From Methylobacter sp. (lineage in GTDB: Bacteria > Pseudomonadota > Gammaproteobacteria > Methylococcales > Methylomonadaceae): a DNA stretch of 64,000 bases. Shown piece after piece: positions 36,897 through 46,726 of this stretch (position 1 is the first letter of the stretch; each line of letters starts with the position of its first letter). A program made the position numbers and the translations under genes. The notes under the pieces are model-generated. The model saw only the letters and a program-made list of their open reading frames with translations. It did not search any database and was not told where the DNA came from. The stretch covers positions 34,617-98,616 of the forward strand of contig DAINRH010000001.1 of NCBI GenBank assembly GCA_036741905.1, given 5' to 3'.

Positions 36897-39800
36897 GTGA
36901 CAACTCTTAAAACTATTTTTAAAAAGCCAGTTGACCGCCCGATTGAAGGGGTTATTAAAGCAGATGATGAAGCAAGCCTTCGTCTTGAGATCGAAGAATA
37001 CGTGCTGACCAATGAGGTGGAAAAGCGTCTGGAGTCATTCCTGGATGCTTACAACACCTACGAAGGTGCTAACGGTGTTTGGGTTTCCGGCTTCTTCGGT
37101 TCCGGTAAATCACATCTTTTGAAGATGCTTGCCTTGCTGCTTGAAAATCGTGAGATTGATGGTGTTTCGGCTATCGACCTGTTCTTGCCAAAATGTGTGG
37201 ACAACGAAATTCTTCGTGGTGATCTAAAACGGGCTGTTGCTATTCCCTCGAAAAGCATTCTGTTTAACATTGATCAAAAAGCGGATGTTATCAGTAAGAC
37301 CCAGATTGACGCGCTACTCGCAGTTTTCGTCAAGGTATTTGATGAAACATGCGGTTACTATGGAAAGCAGGGGCACATTGCCCAATTTGAACGCGACTTG
37401 GACAGTCGTGGGTTATATGCGGAGTTCAAGACAGCCTATCAAGTAATATCCGGAAAGGATTGGCATAAAGGACGGGAACAAGCGCTTTTGGAGTCGCAAA
37501 GCATCGCAAAAGCTTATGCCAAGATAGCTGGCGATCCTGAAACATCGGCATTGGGCATTCTCGACAAGTACAGAAGCCAGTATCGAGTGTCTATTGAGGA
37601 TTTTGCGGAGCAGGTCAATGCCTACGTGGATAGGCAATCGCCCGACTTTCGACTGAACTTCTTTGTTGACGAAGTTGGGCAGTATATTGCAGAAAACGTG
37701 AAGTTGATGACTAACCTGCAAACTATTGCCGAGAGCCTTGCCACCAAATGTAGAGGCCGTGCTTGGGTTATTGTGACTGCTCAGGAGGACATGAATACAG
37801 TGTTAGGTGAGATGGGGCACCAGCAGAGCAACGACTTTACCAAGATCCAAGCCCGTTTTGCTAATCGAATGAAGCTCACTAGCGCCGATGTGGCCGAGGT
37901 GATTCAAAAACGTCTATTATTGAAAAATGACGAAGGTGTTCAGCTTTTAACTGATGTCTATCATAATCAATCAAATAATTTTAAAACCCTGTTTGATTTT
38001 GCCGATGGCTCTCAAACCTATCGCAATTTTCAAGATCGCGATCACTTCATTCACAGTTATCCATTCATTCCATACCAGTTCGCCTTATTCCAGGCGGCGA
38101 TTGCCAACCTCTCACAACATAATGCATTTGAGGGTAAACATAGCTCGGTTGGTGAACGATCAATGCTCGGCGTATTCCAACAGGTAGCCATTCAAATCGG
38201 CAGTCATCAAATTGGTCAGCTCGTGACCTTTGATCTTATGTTCGAAGGGATTCGCACGGCTCTGAAGTCCAACATCCAACGAGCCATTCTGCAGTCCGAA
38301 AAACACCTCGATGGCCCATTCGCTATTCGCCTGTTGAAAACTCTTTTTCTGGTCAAATACGTGAAAGAGTTTAAACCGACGCTTCGCAACCTATGCGTAA
38401 TGATGCTGGATGGTTTTAATCAGGATCTGCCTCAACTCCGCAAGTCGGTAGAAGAGGCTCTTCAATTACTCGAACAGCAGACTTACATCCAGCGCAATGG
38501 TGATCTCTACGTATATCTGACCGATGAGGAAAAGGATGTCGAAGAAGAAATTAAGAACACCGATGTTGAATCAACCGATGTTGCCGCTGAACTGGAAAAA
38601 ATCGTCTTTGATCATGTAGTAAAAAACAAAAAAATCCGTTACGAGGATAACGGCCAGGATTATCCCTTCTCAAGAAAACTGGATGACCGCTTGCATGGGC
38701 GCGAATATGAGCTGACCATTCATATCATCAGTCCTTTCCATGAATTTGCCGATAATCAAACTTCGCTGATCATGCATTCTTTTGGGCGAGATGAACTTCT
38801 GGTCGTAATGCCACAAGATGCACGACTTGTACGCGACATCTTGATGTACAAACGCACAGAAAAACATATTCGCCAGAACATCTCTATCACCCAGCAAGAG
38901 GCGGTTAAACGTATTCTCACCGACAAGGGCTTCCAAAATCGGGAGCGTTACACCGAATTACAAAAACGCATTCAAAGCCTGCTGGGCAAAGCCAAACTCT
39001 ATGTCGCAGGCAGTGAAATCGAGATTAGCGGTGAAGACCCACAAACTCGAATCAGTCGTGGTTTTCATGAGCTCATTACCCGAGCCTACCCCAACTTGCG
39101 GATGTTACGAGGAATTAACTACACCGAGAACGATGTCGCCAAATGCCTCAAGTATTCCGAAGATGGATTGTTTGGCAACGATACGACATCATTGGCGGAA
39201 TCAGAGCAAGAGTTATTGGCCTTCATTCAAAGCAACACCCGCAATGGAATTCGTACAACTCTGAAAAGTCTGCTGGATAAATTCGAACGAAAACCTTATG
39301 GCTGGTATTACGCAGCTGTGCTCTGCACACTTGCCAATCTGTGTGCTCGTGGCAAGGTGGAGGTTCGAACCGACGGCAATATTCTTGAGGAGGATGAGCT
39401 TGAACGAGCATTGCGCAACACGCGCGAACAAAGCAATGTCGTGCTGGAACCGCAAGTTGATTTTACGGCATCACAGATGCGCAACCTCAAAGAATTCTAT
39501 GCGGATTTTTTTGATTCCCCACCTCGCGCAAATGAAGCCAAGGCACTTGGCAAAGAAACTGGCGAAGCACTACAGGAATTAATTAATCAACTGGCTCCGC
39601 TGTCGTCCCAGTCATCGCAATATCCCTTTCTGAATGCGCTGACCTTGGTGCATGAGAAATTAAAGGAACTTGGCGGTAAACCCTACGCCTGGTATCTGAC
39701 TGATTTGTTGCGCCAGGAAGATGAGTTACTCGACTTGAAGGAAAAGATCATTGATCCGGTTCGCAAGTTCATGAACGGACCACAGAAGGAAATCTATGAT

Positions 39801-40439
39801 AGTGCCCGACAATTTGTACAGGTACAGAATGCTAATTTCTCTTACATCGAAGGCGATGATTCTTCTCAGATTATAGAAGCACTGGCAGATCCAGAGTGTT
39901 TCAAGGGTAATCGTATGCAGCAGGTGAAGGCTCTTGTTGATACCGTCCAAGTAAAGGTGACAACGCAGATCCTTGCTGAAATCACCCAAGCCATAGATGC
40001 CTCCCAAGCACTCAAGGAGCGTCTGTGCGGTATGACCGAATTTTCTGAGCTCTTAGCAGAGCAACAGGAACAAATAACGCTATCATTCACCAAGTTTGCC
40101 CAGTCTGTTGAATGTCAAAAATTGATAGCCGTGATTCGCGACACCCTGCGACGCTTCGAGGAAACTGACTACCAGTGCCTGCTGTCCAAAATGTCGTCCT
40201 GGACCCAACCAATACCAGAGCCGACTGCATTACAAAACCCAACGCCAGAACCACATGCTGGGGCAGCACCTGTAATTGTTAAGCCCGAACCCCACATTGA
40301 ATATATCCACAGTCGGTCGGTTCGAGTCTCCTTCAACAAGGCCTGGCTTGCAAATGAATCGGATGTAGATCGCTACCTGGAATCCATGCGTGAAGCACTG
40401 CTCGCAGAGATCCGTAGCGGAAAAAGGATTCAAATATGA
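36897..40439 (+). CDS. brxC: BREX ATPase BrxC/PglY
   Basis: 1,180 aa. N-terminus KPVDRPIEGVIKADDE. Walker A GFFGSGKSH at 37089-37115. Walker B FFVDEVGQY. Confidence 0.9.
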   Translation: MTTLKTIFKKPVDRPIEGVIKADDEASLRLEIEEYVLTNEVEKRLESFLDAYNTYEGANGVWVSGFFGSGKSHLLKMLALLLENREIDGVSAIDLFLPKCVDNEILRGDLKRAVAIPSKSILFNIDQKADVISKTQIDALLAVFVKVFDETCGYYGKQGHIAQFERDLDSRGLYAEFKTAYQVISGKDWHKGREQALLESQSIAKAYAKIAGDPETSALGILDKYRSQYRVSIEDFAEQVNAYVDRQSPDFRLNFFVDEVGQYIAENVKLMTNLQTIAESLATKCRGRAWVIVTAQEDMNTVLGEMGHQQSNDFTKIQARFANRMKLTSADVAEVIQKRLLLKNDEGVQLLTDVYHNQSNNFKTLFDFADGSQTYRNFQDRDHFIHSYPFIPYQFALFQAAIANLSQHNAFEGKHSSVGERSMLGVFQQVAIQIGSHQIGQLVTFDLMFEGIRTALKSNIQRAILQSEKHLDGPFAIRLLKTLFLVKYVKEFKPTLRNLCVMMLDGFNQDLPQLRKSVEEALQLLEQQTYIQRNGDLYVYLTDEEKDVEEEIKNTDVESTDVAAELEKIVFDHVVKNKKIRYEDNGQDYPFSRKLDDRLHGREYELTIHIISPFHEFADNQTSLIMHSFGRDELLVVMPQDARLVRDILMYKRTEKHIRQNISITQQEAVKRILTDKGFQNRERYTELQKRIQSLLGKAKLYVAGSEIEISGEDPQTRISRGFHELITRAYPNLRMLRGINYTENDVAKCLKYSEDGLFGNDTTSLAESEQELLAFIQSNTRNGIRTTLKSLLDKFERKPYGWYYAAVLCTLANLCARGKVEVRTDGNILEEDELERALRNTREQSNVVLEPQVDFTASQMRNLKEFYADFFDSPPRANEAKALGKETGEALQELINQLAPLSSQSSQYPFLNALTLVHEKLKELGGKPYAWYLTDLLRQEDELLDLKEKIIDPVRKFMNGPQKEIYDSARQFVQVQNANFSYIEGDDSSQIIEALADPECFKGNRMQQVKALVDTVQVKVTTQILAEITQAIDASQALKERLCGMTEFSELLAEQQEQITLSFTKFAQSVECQKLIAVIRDTLRRFEETDYQCLLSKMSSWTQPIPEPTALQNPTPEPHAGAAPVIVKPEPHIEYIHSRSVRVSFNKAWLANESDVDRYLESMREALLAEIRSGKRIQI

Positions 40440-41500
40440 TCAAACAACTCAAACTTACCAATTTTACTAACTTTAGCAGATTGAGAATTGACTTCTCGCC
40501 CAAGATCAATGTGATTATAGGTGAAAATGGTACCGGCAAAACTCATTTGCTAAAAGCAGCCTATGGCCTTTGTGCCGGAAGCGCTCTGCACAAGAACAAG
40601 CCAAATATCAGCCAGGATGAGATAGAAACTGCTCTTACGACCAGAATGTTACGTCTCTTTATGCCGCTTGATGACAAGCTTGGCAAGATGCACCGACAGG
40701 GTTCTGCTGAACAAGCCCAGTTGCATGTAGATTTTGCTTTAGGACAAAAGTTAACCGTCACGTTCTTCAATAACTCTAAGTCTCTGGTTATTCAAGACAG
40801 CGCCAATTACGAACAATTTCAAGCCGAACCTGTTTTTATCCCAACCAAAGAAGTTCTCTCCTTTATGAAGGGATTCACAAGCCTGTACGATAAATACGAC
40901 CTCTCATTCGACCAGACATATCGTGATGTCTGTGGATTCTTGGATTTACCTGAAGTCCGCGCAGAAACCCTACATGAAAAATCTAAATGGGCGATGAACG
41001 AGATTCAAGGTATCTGCGGTGGACGGTTTATCTTCTATGGTGGCGGCAAAGTTACTTTCAGAACCGACAACGCCGAGTATTCGGCAAATGCGATGGCAGA
41101 AGGATTCCGTAAGGCGGGCATGCTGTCGCGTCTGCTCGAAACAGGCGTCATTCGGCCCGGTGTTAGCGGCCCGCTTTTTTGGGACGAACCAGAATCTAAC
41201 ATGAACCCCAAGCTTATGAAGCTACTGGTGCAGATTCTGCTGGAATTGTCGCGCAACGGGCAACAGATTATCCTTGCCACTCATGACTATGTACTACTCA
41301 AATGGTTCGACCTGCTTATGGACAAGGGTAAGGAGGATCATGTACGTTTCCACGCTCTGTATAAGGACACCGAGACCGGTGCAATTAATGTGGATAGCGT
41401 TGACGATTATCGAGCCATCTCCCCGAATGCAATCGCAGAGACATTCAATGATCTGACAAAGGAGCAGGTCAACCAAAAAATGGGGAGCTTGGGTAAATGA
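40436..41500 (+). CDS. ABC/SMC-head-type ATPase (AAA_21-like) inserted between brxC and pglX
   Basis: Walker A GENGTGKTH, Walker B LFWDEPESNMNP, H-loop ILATHD. ATGA overlaps with both neighbours. Confidence 0.75.
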   Translation: MIKQLKLTNFTNFSRLRIDFSPKINVIIGENGTGKTHLLKAAYGLCAGSALHKNKPNISQDEIETALTTRMLRLFMPLDDKLGKMHRQGSAEQAQLHVDFALGQKLTVTFFNNSKSLVIQDSANYEQFQAEPVFIPTKEVLSFMKGFTSLYDKYDLSFDQTYRDVCGFLDLPEVRAETLHEKSKWAMNEIQGICGGRFIFYGGGKVTFRTDNAEYSANAMAEGFRKAGMLSRLLETGVIRPGVSGPLFWDEPESNMNPKLMKLLVQILLELSRNGQQIILATHDYVLLKWFDLLMDKGKEDHVRFHALYKDTETGAINVDSVDDYRAISPNAIAETFNDLTKEQVNQKMGSLGK

Positions 41501-42021
41501 AGCTGAAGGAACGCGATCTAGAAATTAATTTCACCGATGCCATAGATGGACTTATATTTGACCAAATGAAACCTCACTTACCCGATTTTCATGGCATCGG
41601 TGAAATGCACCGAGTTGACTTCATTGTGGAATTCGATGAGGCCATCGTATTTGTTGAAGTTAAAGATCCAGGTAACCCAAACGCTCAGATAAAAGGGTTG
41701 GAAAAATTTCATGCAGGACTGAATGACGGTACGTTGAGCGCCACATTTTCGGCAAAATTCATCGACTCATTTCTGTATCGTTGGGCAGAGGAAAAAATAA
41801 CCAAACCGGTTTTTTATATTAATCTTGTTACTTTGGATGCGGAGTTGTTACTAAGTTTTTCAGACGAAATAGCCAAAAAGCTCCCACCTATGGGCAAGTC
41901 ACTACCCCGTTGGAAACGTCAGTTAGTTGAAAACTGTCAGGTCTTTAATATCGAGACTTGGAACGAAAATTTCCCGAAGTGGCCCGTCACTCGTCTAGCC
42001 TCGGTCACAGGAGGAACATAA
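41497..42021 (+). CDS. small PD-(D/E)xK-like protein partnered with the ATPase
   Basis: HRVDFIVEFDEAIVFVEVKD (D41...E54-x-K56) has a restriction-endonuclease-fold pattern. 174 aa. Coupled to the upstream ATPase. Confidence 0.5.
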   Translation: MKLKERDLEINFTDAIDGLIFDQMKPHLPDFHGIGEMHRVDFIVEFDEAIVFVEVKDPGNPNAQIKGLEKFHAGLNDGTLSATFSAKFIDSFLYRWAEEKITKPVFYINLVTLDAELLLSFSDEIAKKLPPMGKSLPRWKRQLVENCQVFNIETWNENFPKWPVTRLASVTGGT

Positions 42022-42026
42022 AAATA

Positions 42027-43820
42027 ATGAATACGGCAAAACTAAAAAAATTCGCCCAGTTTGCCCGACGCTGCCTGATTGATCAGATTTCAAGCAAACT
42101 GGAACTGGTACTGGCTGAGGACAGCGCGGCGCGGCGTGAGAGCATGAAAGCTGTCAAAAAGCTTGAAGAACAGATCAGCGAGCATGGCGAAGAACAGGTG
42201 ATCGAAAAGATCGCCTACATCTGGTTCAATCGTTTCTGCGCCTTGCGCTTCATGGATGTAAACAACTATACCCGCATTGGCTTGGTATCGCCCGCCGAAG
42301 GGCAGTTCCAGCCGGAAATTCTGGCTGAAGCCAAGATGGGGCATATCGACGAGGACATGGTGCCTGAAAAAATCCGGCAGCAGATTTTTGCCCTGCTCGG
42401 CGGCACTACGCCCAGCCGCGATCCACAGTCCGAAGCCTACCGCTTATTGGTGGTCGCTTCCTGCAACGATTACCACAAAGCCATGCCTTACCTATTTGAG
42501 CGCATTGCCGACTACACCGAACTTTTAATGCCCGATGACCTGCTTTCGGGTAGTTCCATCCTGGCCTACACCCGCGAAGCCATGACACCGGACATTTGCC
42601 AGGATGTCGAGGTAATCGGTTGGCTTTACCAGTTCTACATCTCTGAAAAGAAGGATGCCGTTTTCGACGGACTAAAGAAAAACAAAAAAATATCCCCGGA
42701 AAATATCCCTGCCGCCACTCAGCTTTTTACCCCACATTGGATTGTGCGCTATTTGGTGGAAAATTGTTTAGGTCGCCTGTGGATGCTCAACCGTCCCAAC
42801 TCGCGGTTGGTTGAAAAGATGGAATATTACATTCAAGCCGAGCAGGTCGAGACTGACTTTTTGCGCATCAACAAGCCTGAAGAGTTGAAACTCTGTGATC
42901 CCGCCTGCGGTTCCGGGCACATGCTGGTATACGCCTTCGATCTGCTTTATGTTATCTATGAAGAAGAAGGCGTTGATCCTGCCGAGATTCCAGAAAAGAT
43001 CCTGACCCATAACCTCTACGGCATCGAAATCGATGAGCGTGCTGGCGAACTGGCTGCGTTTGCCCTGACCATGAAGGCAAGAGCTAAACAGCGTCGTTTC
43101 TTTCGCAAGCCGGTACAACCTAATATCTGTGTGCTGGAGAACATCCATTTCGACGAAGCGGAAATCAACGAGTACATGGATTTCGTTGGGCAGGATATTT
43201 TTACGCTGGGATTGAAAGCCACCCTGAGCCAGTTTGAAGAGGCCGACAACTTTGGCTCTTTAATTCGCCCTGAAATGACCGACGTGGAAGGAACGCTATA
43301 TATTCTTGAAGCAAAGGATGCCGCCGGACATCTGTTTCTAAGCCTGACCCATCAGAAGGTGCTGCAAGCGTTAAGACAAGCCGACTATCTCAGTCCGAAA
43401 TATCATGTGGTGATTGCCAATCCGCCTTATATGAGTGGCAAAGGCATGAATGGCAGATTGGGGGCATGGGCCAAAGATAATTATCCCAATAGTAAATCGG
43501 ATCTTTTTGCCATGTTCATCGAGCGCAATCTGGAACTCTCAGTTAAACAAGGCGCTGTTGGCATGATTACCATGCAGAGTTGGATGTTTCTGTCTTCATA
43601 CGAGAAACTGCGTGATAGCATCCTCGATAAATATACAATTCTTTCCATGGCACATTTAGGCGCACGAGCCTTTGATAGTATTGGCGGCGAAGTGGTTTCG
43701 ACAACGGCTTTCGTTTTGGAAAATGCCCATCATCCTGAATACAAAGGAGCTTATGTTCGTTTGGTTGATGGCAATTCCGAAGCTGAGAAACAAGCCGCTT
43801 TCAAAGCGGCACTTGGATAA
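42027..43820 (+). CDS. pglX: BREX methyltransferase PglX, N-terminal half (methyltransferase domain) as a separate ORF
   Basis: MNTAKLKKFAQFARRCLIDQ...IAYIWFNRFCALRFMDVN is the PglX N-terminus. NPPY lies at 43419-43430. AGGAGG precedes the ATG at 42027. The ORF stops after ...AYVRLVDGNSEAEKQAAFKAALG. Confidence 0.85.
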   Translation: MNTAKLKKFAQFARRCLIDQISSKLELVLAEDSAARRESMKAVKKLEEQISEHGEEQVIEKIAYIWFNRFCALRFMDVNNYTRIGLVSPAEGQFQPEILAEAKMGHIDEDMVPEKIRQQIFALLGGTTPSRDPQSEAYRLLVVASCNDYHKAMPYLFERIADYTELLMPDDLLSGSSILAYTREAMTPDICQDVEVIGWLYQFYISEKKDAVFDGLKKNKKISPENIPAATQLFTPHWIVRYLVENCLGRLWMLNRPNSRLVEKMEYYIQAEQVETDFLRINKPEELKLCDPACGSGHMLVYAFDLLYVIYEEEGVDPAEIPEKILTHNLYGIEIDERAGELAAFALTMKARAKQRRFFRKPVQPNICVLENIHFDEAEINEYMDFVGQDIFTLGLKATLSQFEEADNFGSLIRPEMTDVEGTLYILEAKDAAGHLFLSLTHQKVLQALRQADYLSPKYHVVIANPPYMSGKGMNGRLGAWAKDNYPNSKSDLFAMFIERNLELSVKQGAVGMITMQSWMFLSSYEKLRDSILDKYTILSMAHLGARAFDSIGGEVVSTTAFVLENAHHPEYKGAYVRLVDGNSEAEKQAAFKAALG

Positions 43821-43823
43821 ACC

Positions 43824-45311
43824 ATGGCCTTTATCCTAGAAACCCTGCTGCAACAGCCTGAAGGCAAAACGCTCGAATTCAAGCGAGATTTATCCTCGCC
43901 TAAACCGCTGTTAAAAACCTTGGTGGCATTTGCCAATACCGCCGGCGGTCGTCTAGTCATTGGTGTGACAGATAATCATCAACTCATCGGAGTTGATGAT
44001 CCGTTAACTGAAGAAGAACGTATCTGTAACATGATTGCCGATGCCATTTCGCCCCGTCTGGTACCGAATGTCGAAATGATCACGATTGAAGGCAAGACCT
44101 TATTGGTGATTGAGGTTTATCTCAGCAATTCGCGCCCACATTGGCTGAATACACAAGGCTCTGAGCTAGGCGTCTATGTCCGGTTGGGTTCTACCAATCG
44201 GCAGGCGGATCGTGAGTTGATCGCTGAGTTGCAGCGTTCAGTGGATGGCATTGCCTTTGATGAAATGCCTATGCCGGAACTTTCCATTGATGACCTGGAT
44301 CTGGCCTCTGCTCAAGCTCTGTTTGGTGATACACGACGCTTGGATGAGCAAACATTAATCACCTTAAAATTACTCACCGACTATCAGGGTCGACGGGTGC
44401 CGACCAAAGGCGCTGTCTTGCTTTTTGGTAAACAGCGCAGCTTTCACTTTGCTGACGCATGGATACAGTGTGGACGTTTTTTTGGTACCGAAAAAATAGA
44501 TATTTTTGATCATATCGATATCAATGCGCCACTGCCCAAAGCGGTGGATGAGGTCATGCTGTTTTTAAAGAAACATGCGTTTCGCGGTGCTGATTTATCT
44601 GAAATTCGCCGCAAAGATGTCTGGAGCATTCCGCTGGGCATCTTACGCGAAGCGGTCATCAATGCTATTGTTCATGCCGATTATTCCCAGCGCGGCGCTC
44701 CGATTCGGATCGTGTTTTTGGATGATCGCATTGAAATCGAGAATCCCGGCCTGTTCCTGCCTGGATTAACCTTGGAAGACATCAAACAGGGTACCTCTAA
44801 AATTCGTAACACCGTGATTGCCCGCGTCTTTAGGGAGTTACATTTAATCGAGCAGTGGGGCACCGGAGTACGTCGCATTTTTACCGAAGCCAAAGCGCTT
44901 GGGCTACCCGAACCTCAACTTATCGAAACGGGCATGAGGGTGCGCTTTATCATCTCGCTGCTGGAACCGATTCCGTTGCTGCGCACTACAAAACACGTAG
45001 ACGGTACAGTCAACGAACAAATCGATTCACGGCTAGAGTCACGGCTAGAGTCACGGCTAGAGTCAACGCTCGCCGCTAAAGTATTGTTGAAGCTGCATGA
45101 GCAAGAAACCGGTAAATCCGCACTCGCTCAACATCTAGGACACAAAACGGTTTCCGGCGAACTTCATAAACAAGTCAAACGATTACTGGAGTTGGAACTG
45201 ATTGAAATGACCCTGCCTGATAAACCCAATAGCCGTTTGCAGAAGTATCGGCTAACCGATAGCGGCCAGGACTTGATTAACGCAATATTGGATGAAAACA
45301 GACAGTCATGA
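43824..45311 (+). CDS. AlbA_2 (Schlafen-like) plus HATPase_c_4 plus wHTH putative regulator (RecG-like annotation class)
   Basis: PEGKTLEFKRDLSSPKPLLKTLVAFANTAGGRLVIGV is an AlbA_2 domain. REAVINAIVHADYSQRGAPIRIVFLDDRIEIENPG is HATPase_c_4. It starts 3 nt after the pglX-N stop. Confidence 0.75.
   Translation: MAFILETLLQQPEGKTLEFKRDLSSPKPLLKTLVAFANTAGGRLVIGVTDNHQLIGVDDPLTEEERICNMIADAISPRLVPNVEMITIEGKTLLVIEVYLSNSRPHWLNTQGSELGVYVRLGSTNRQADRELIAELQRSVDGIAFDEMPMPELSIDDLDLASAQALFGDTRRLDEQTLITLKLLTDYQGRRVPTKGAVLLFGKQRSFHFADAWIQCGRFFGTEKIDIFDHIDINAPLPKAVDEVMLFLKKHAFRGADLSEIRRKDVWSIPLGILREAVINAIVHADYSQRGAPIRIVFLDDRIEIENPGLFLPGLTLEDIKQGTSKIRNTVIARVFRELHLIEQWGTGVRRIFTEAKALGLPEPQLIETGMRVRFIISLLEPIPLLRTTKHVDGTVNEQIDSRLESRLESRLESTLAAKVLLKLHEQETGKSALAQHLGHKTVSGELHKQVKRLLELELIEMTLPDKPNSRLQKYRLTDSGQDLINAILDENRQS
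45027..45066 (+). repeat. 12-nt tandem repeat TCACGGCTAGAG, three full copies plus a partial fourth (encodes SRLESRLESRLES)
   Basis: Three exact units at 45027-45062 and a partial fourth, in frame within 43824..45311. Confidence 0.85.
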
Positions 45312-46726
45312 GTGCAGAACAAGCAACCGAAAATTTTTTAGAACAGAAAAAACCTCAGCTCAACTTCATCAAAACACGCGATGACGCCGATATTGTCGTA
45401 TTCGAAAAAACTGCTAACGATACATTCAAATTATCCACCAGTAATAGTTGCTCATGGTGTGGTGAAAATGGGGAGTTCACACAGAAAGAACTACGACCAC
45501 GCATTGAACCCTGGCTTACATCCTTGTTTCAGTCAGAACATCTCACTCTTTTAGCCGGTTCCGGTTTGACTCATGCCGTGCATCTTTTATCAACGGGTGA
45601 AAAGGCCACTGGGATGGACAAGATAGAATTTAGTATCTTGGCAAAAAAAATTAGCGCTGCTACAGAAGCATCAGCAGCCAGCGCAGATCGTAAAGAAGGA
45701 AATATTGAAGATCAAATTCGGGTAGCTAATGAATTACTTCGCGGCCTAGAGATTTTAGGATGTAAACAGGCAGATCAGATTCGTATAGAAATAACCGAAG
45801 CCCTAAAAAGTTTTGCAGAATCAATCCTCAAAAGCGAATCCAGTATTGCTAACGGAGAAGACCAAAAACGGGAAAAAGCCTTTAACACCCTCATCAACTT
45901 CCTGATGAGCTTTGCCAGTCGCACCGGAACCCGCGATCGACTTAATATTTTCACCACTAATTACGATCGCTTGATCGAAGCGGGCGCAGAACTGGCGGGT
46001 TTGCATCTACTGGACCGATTTTTAGGCAACTTGATGCCAGTATTCCGTTCATCGCGGCTGGATTTGGACATGCACTACAATCCGCCCGGCATTCGGGGTG
46101 AACCGCGATACCTTGAAGGTGTTACACGGTTCACCAAGCTGCATGGTTCGGTTGATTGGGTGCAGACTGGTAAAGACATTCGCCGCGTCGGACTACCCTT
46201 TGGCGCGGAGAGCGTAGAACCTTACCTGAAAGCACCTGCGCTAAAGGGGGCTACCGCGCATCAACTGATGATCTACCCCAATTCCGCGAAGGACAGGGAA
46301 ACATCTGCCTATCCCTATGTTGAGCTGTTCCGGGATTTTGCAGCGGCTACCTGCCGCCCGAATAGCACTTTGGTGATCTACGGTTACAGCTTTGGTGACG
46401 AGCATATCAACCGTATCATTGAAGATATGCTCACTATTCCATCTACCCATTTGGTCATCATTTCCTATGACGACCCGCTTGGACGCATCATCAAAACCTA
46501 CGAAAAAATTGGTCGTCCCTCGCAAACCACTTTATTGGTCGGCAACCATTTAGGTGATCTTAAAACCTTGACCGAACACTACTTACCTAAATCGGCCATT
46601 GATAAAGCCACCTTCCGCATGAGCGAACTACTCAATCAACGTTTTGGCACACAGCGCACAGAAAACAAAGCTGTAAATGCTGCTCCGAGCATGAATGACG
46701 ATGAAACTTTTGGTGGGCAAGTATGA
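45308..46726 (+). CDS. SIR2-like (SIR2_2) domain protein
   Basis: LLAGSGLTHAV...NIFTTNYDRLIE...KLHGSVDW...VIYGYSFGDEHIN. ATGA overlap with both neighbours. Confidence 0.8.
   Translation: MSAEQATENFLEQKKPQLNFIKTRDDADIVVFEKTANDTFKLSTSNSCSWCGENGEFTQKELRPRIEPWLTSLFQSEHLTLLAGSGLTHAVHLLSTGEKATGMDKIEFSILAKKISAATEASAASADRKEGNIEDQIRVANELLRGLEILGCKQADQIRIEITEALKSFAESILKSESSIANGEDQKREKAFNTLINFLMSFASRTGTRDRLNIFTTNYDRLIEAGAELAGLHLLDRFLGNLMPVFRSSRLDLDMHYNPPGIRGEPRYLEGVTRFTKLHGSVDWVQTGKDIRRVGLPFGAESVEPYLKAPALKGATAHQLMIYPNSAKDRETSAYPYVELFRDFAAATCRPNSTLVIYGYSFGDEHINRIIEDMLTIPSTHLVIISYDDPLGRIIKTYEKIGRPSQTTLLVGNHLGDLKTLTEHYLPKSAIDKATFRMSELLNQRFGTQRTENKAVNAAPSMNDDETFGGQV

Noticed and set aside
41958-42026. Upstream extension of the pglX-N ORF (MERKFPEVARH...).
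   Set aside because: It overlaps the 3' end of the preceding gene. The PglX homology begins at MNTAKLKKF (42027), which has an AGGAGG upstream.
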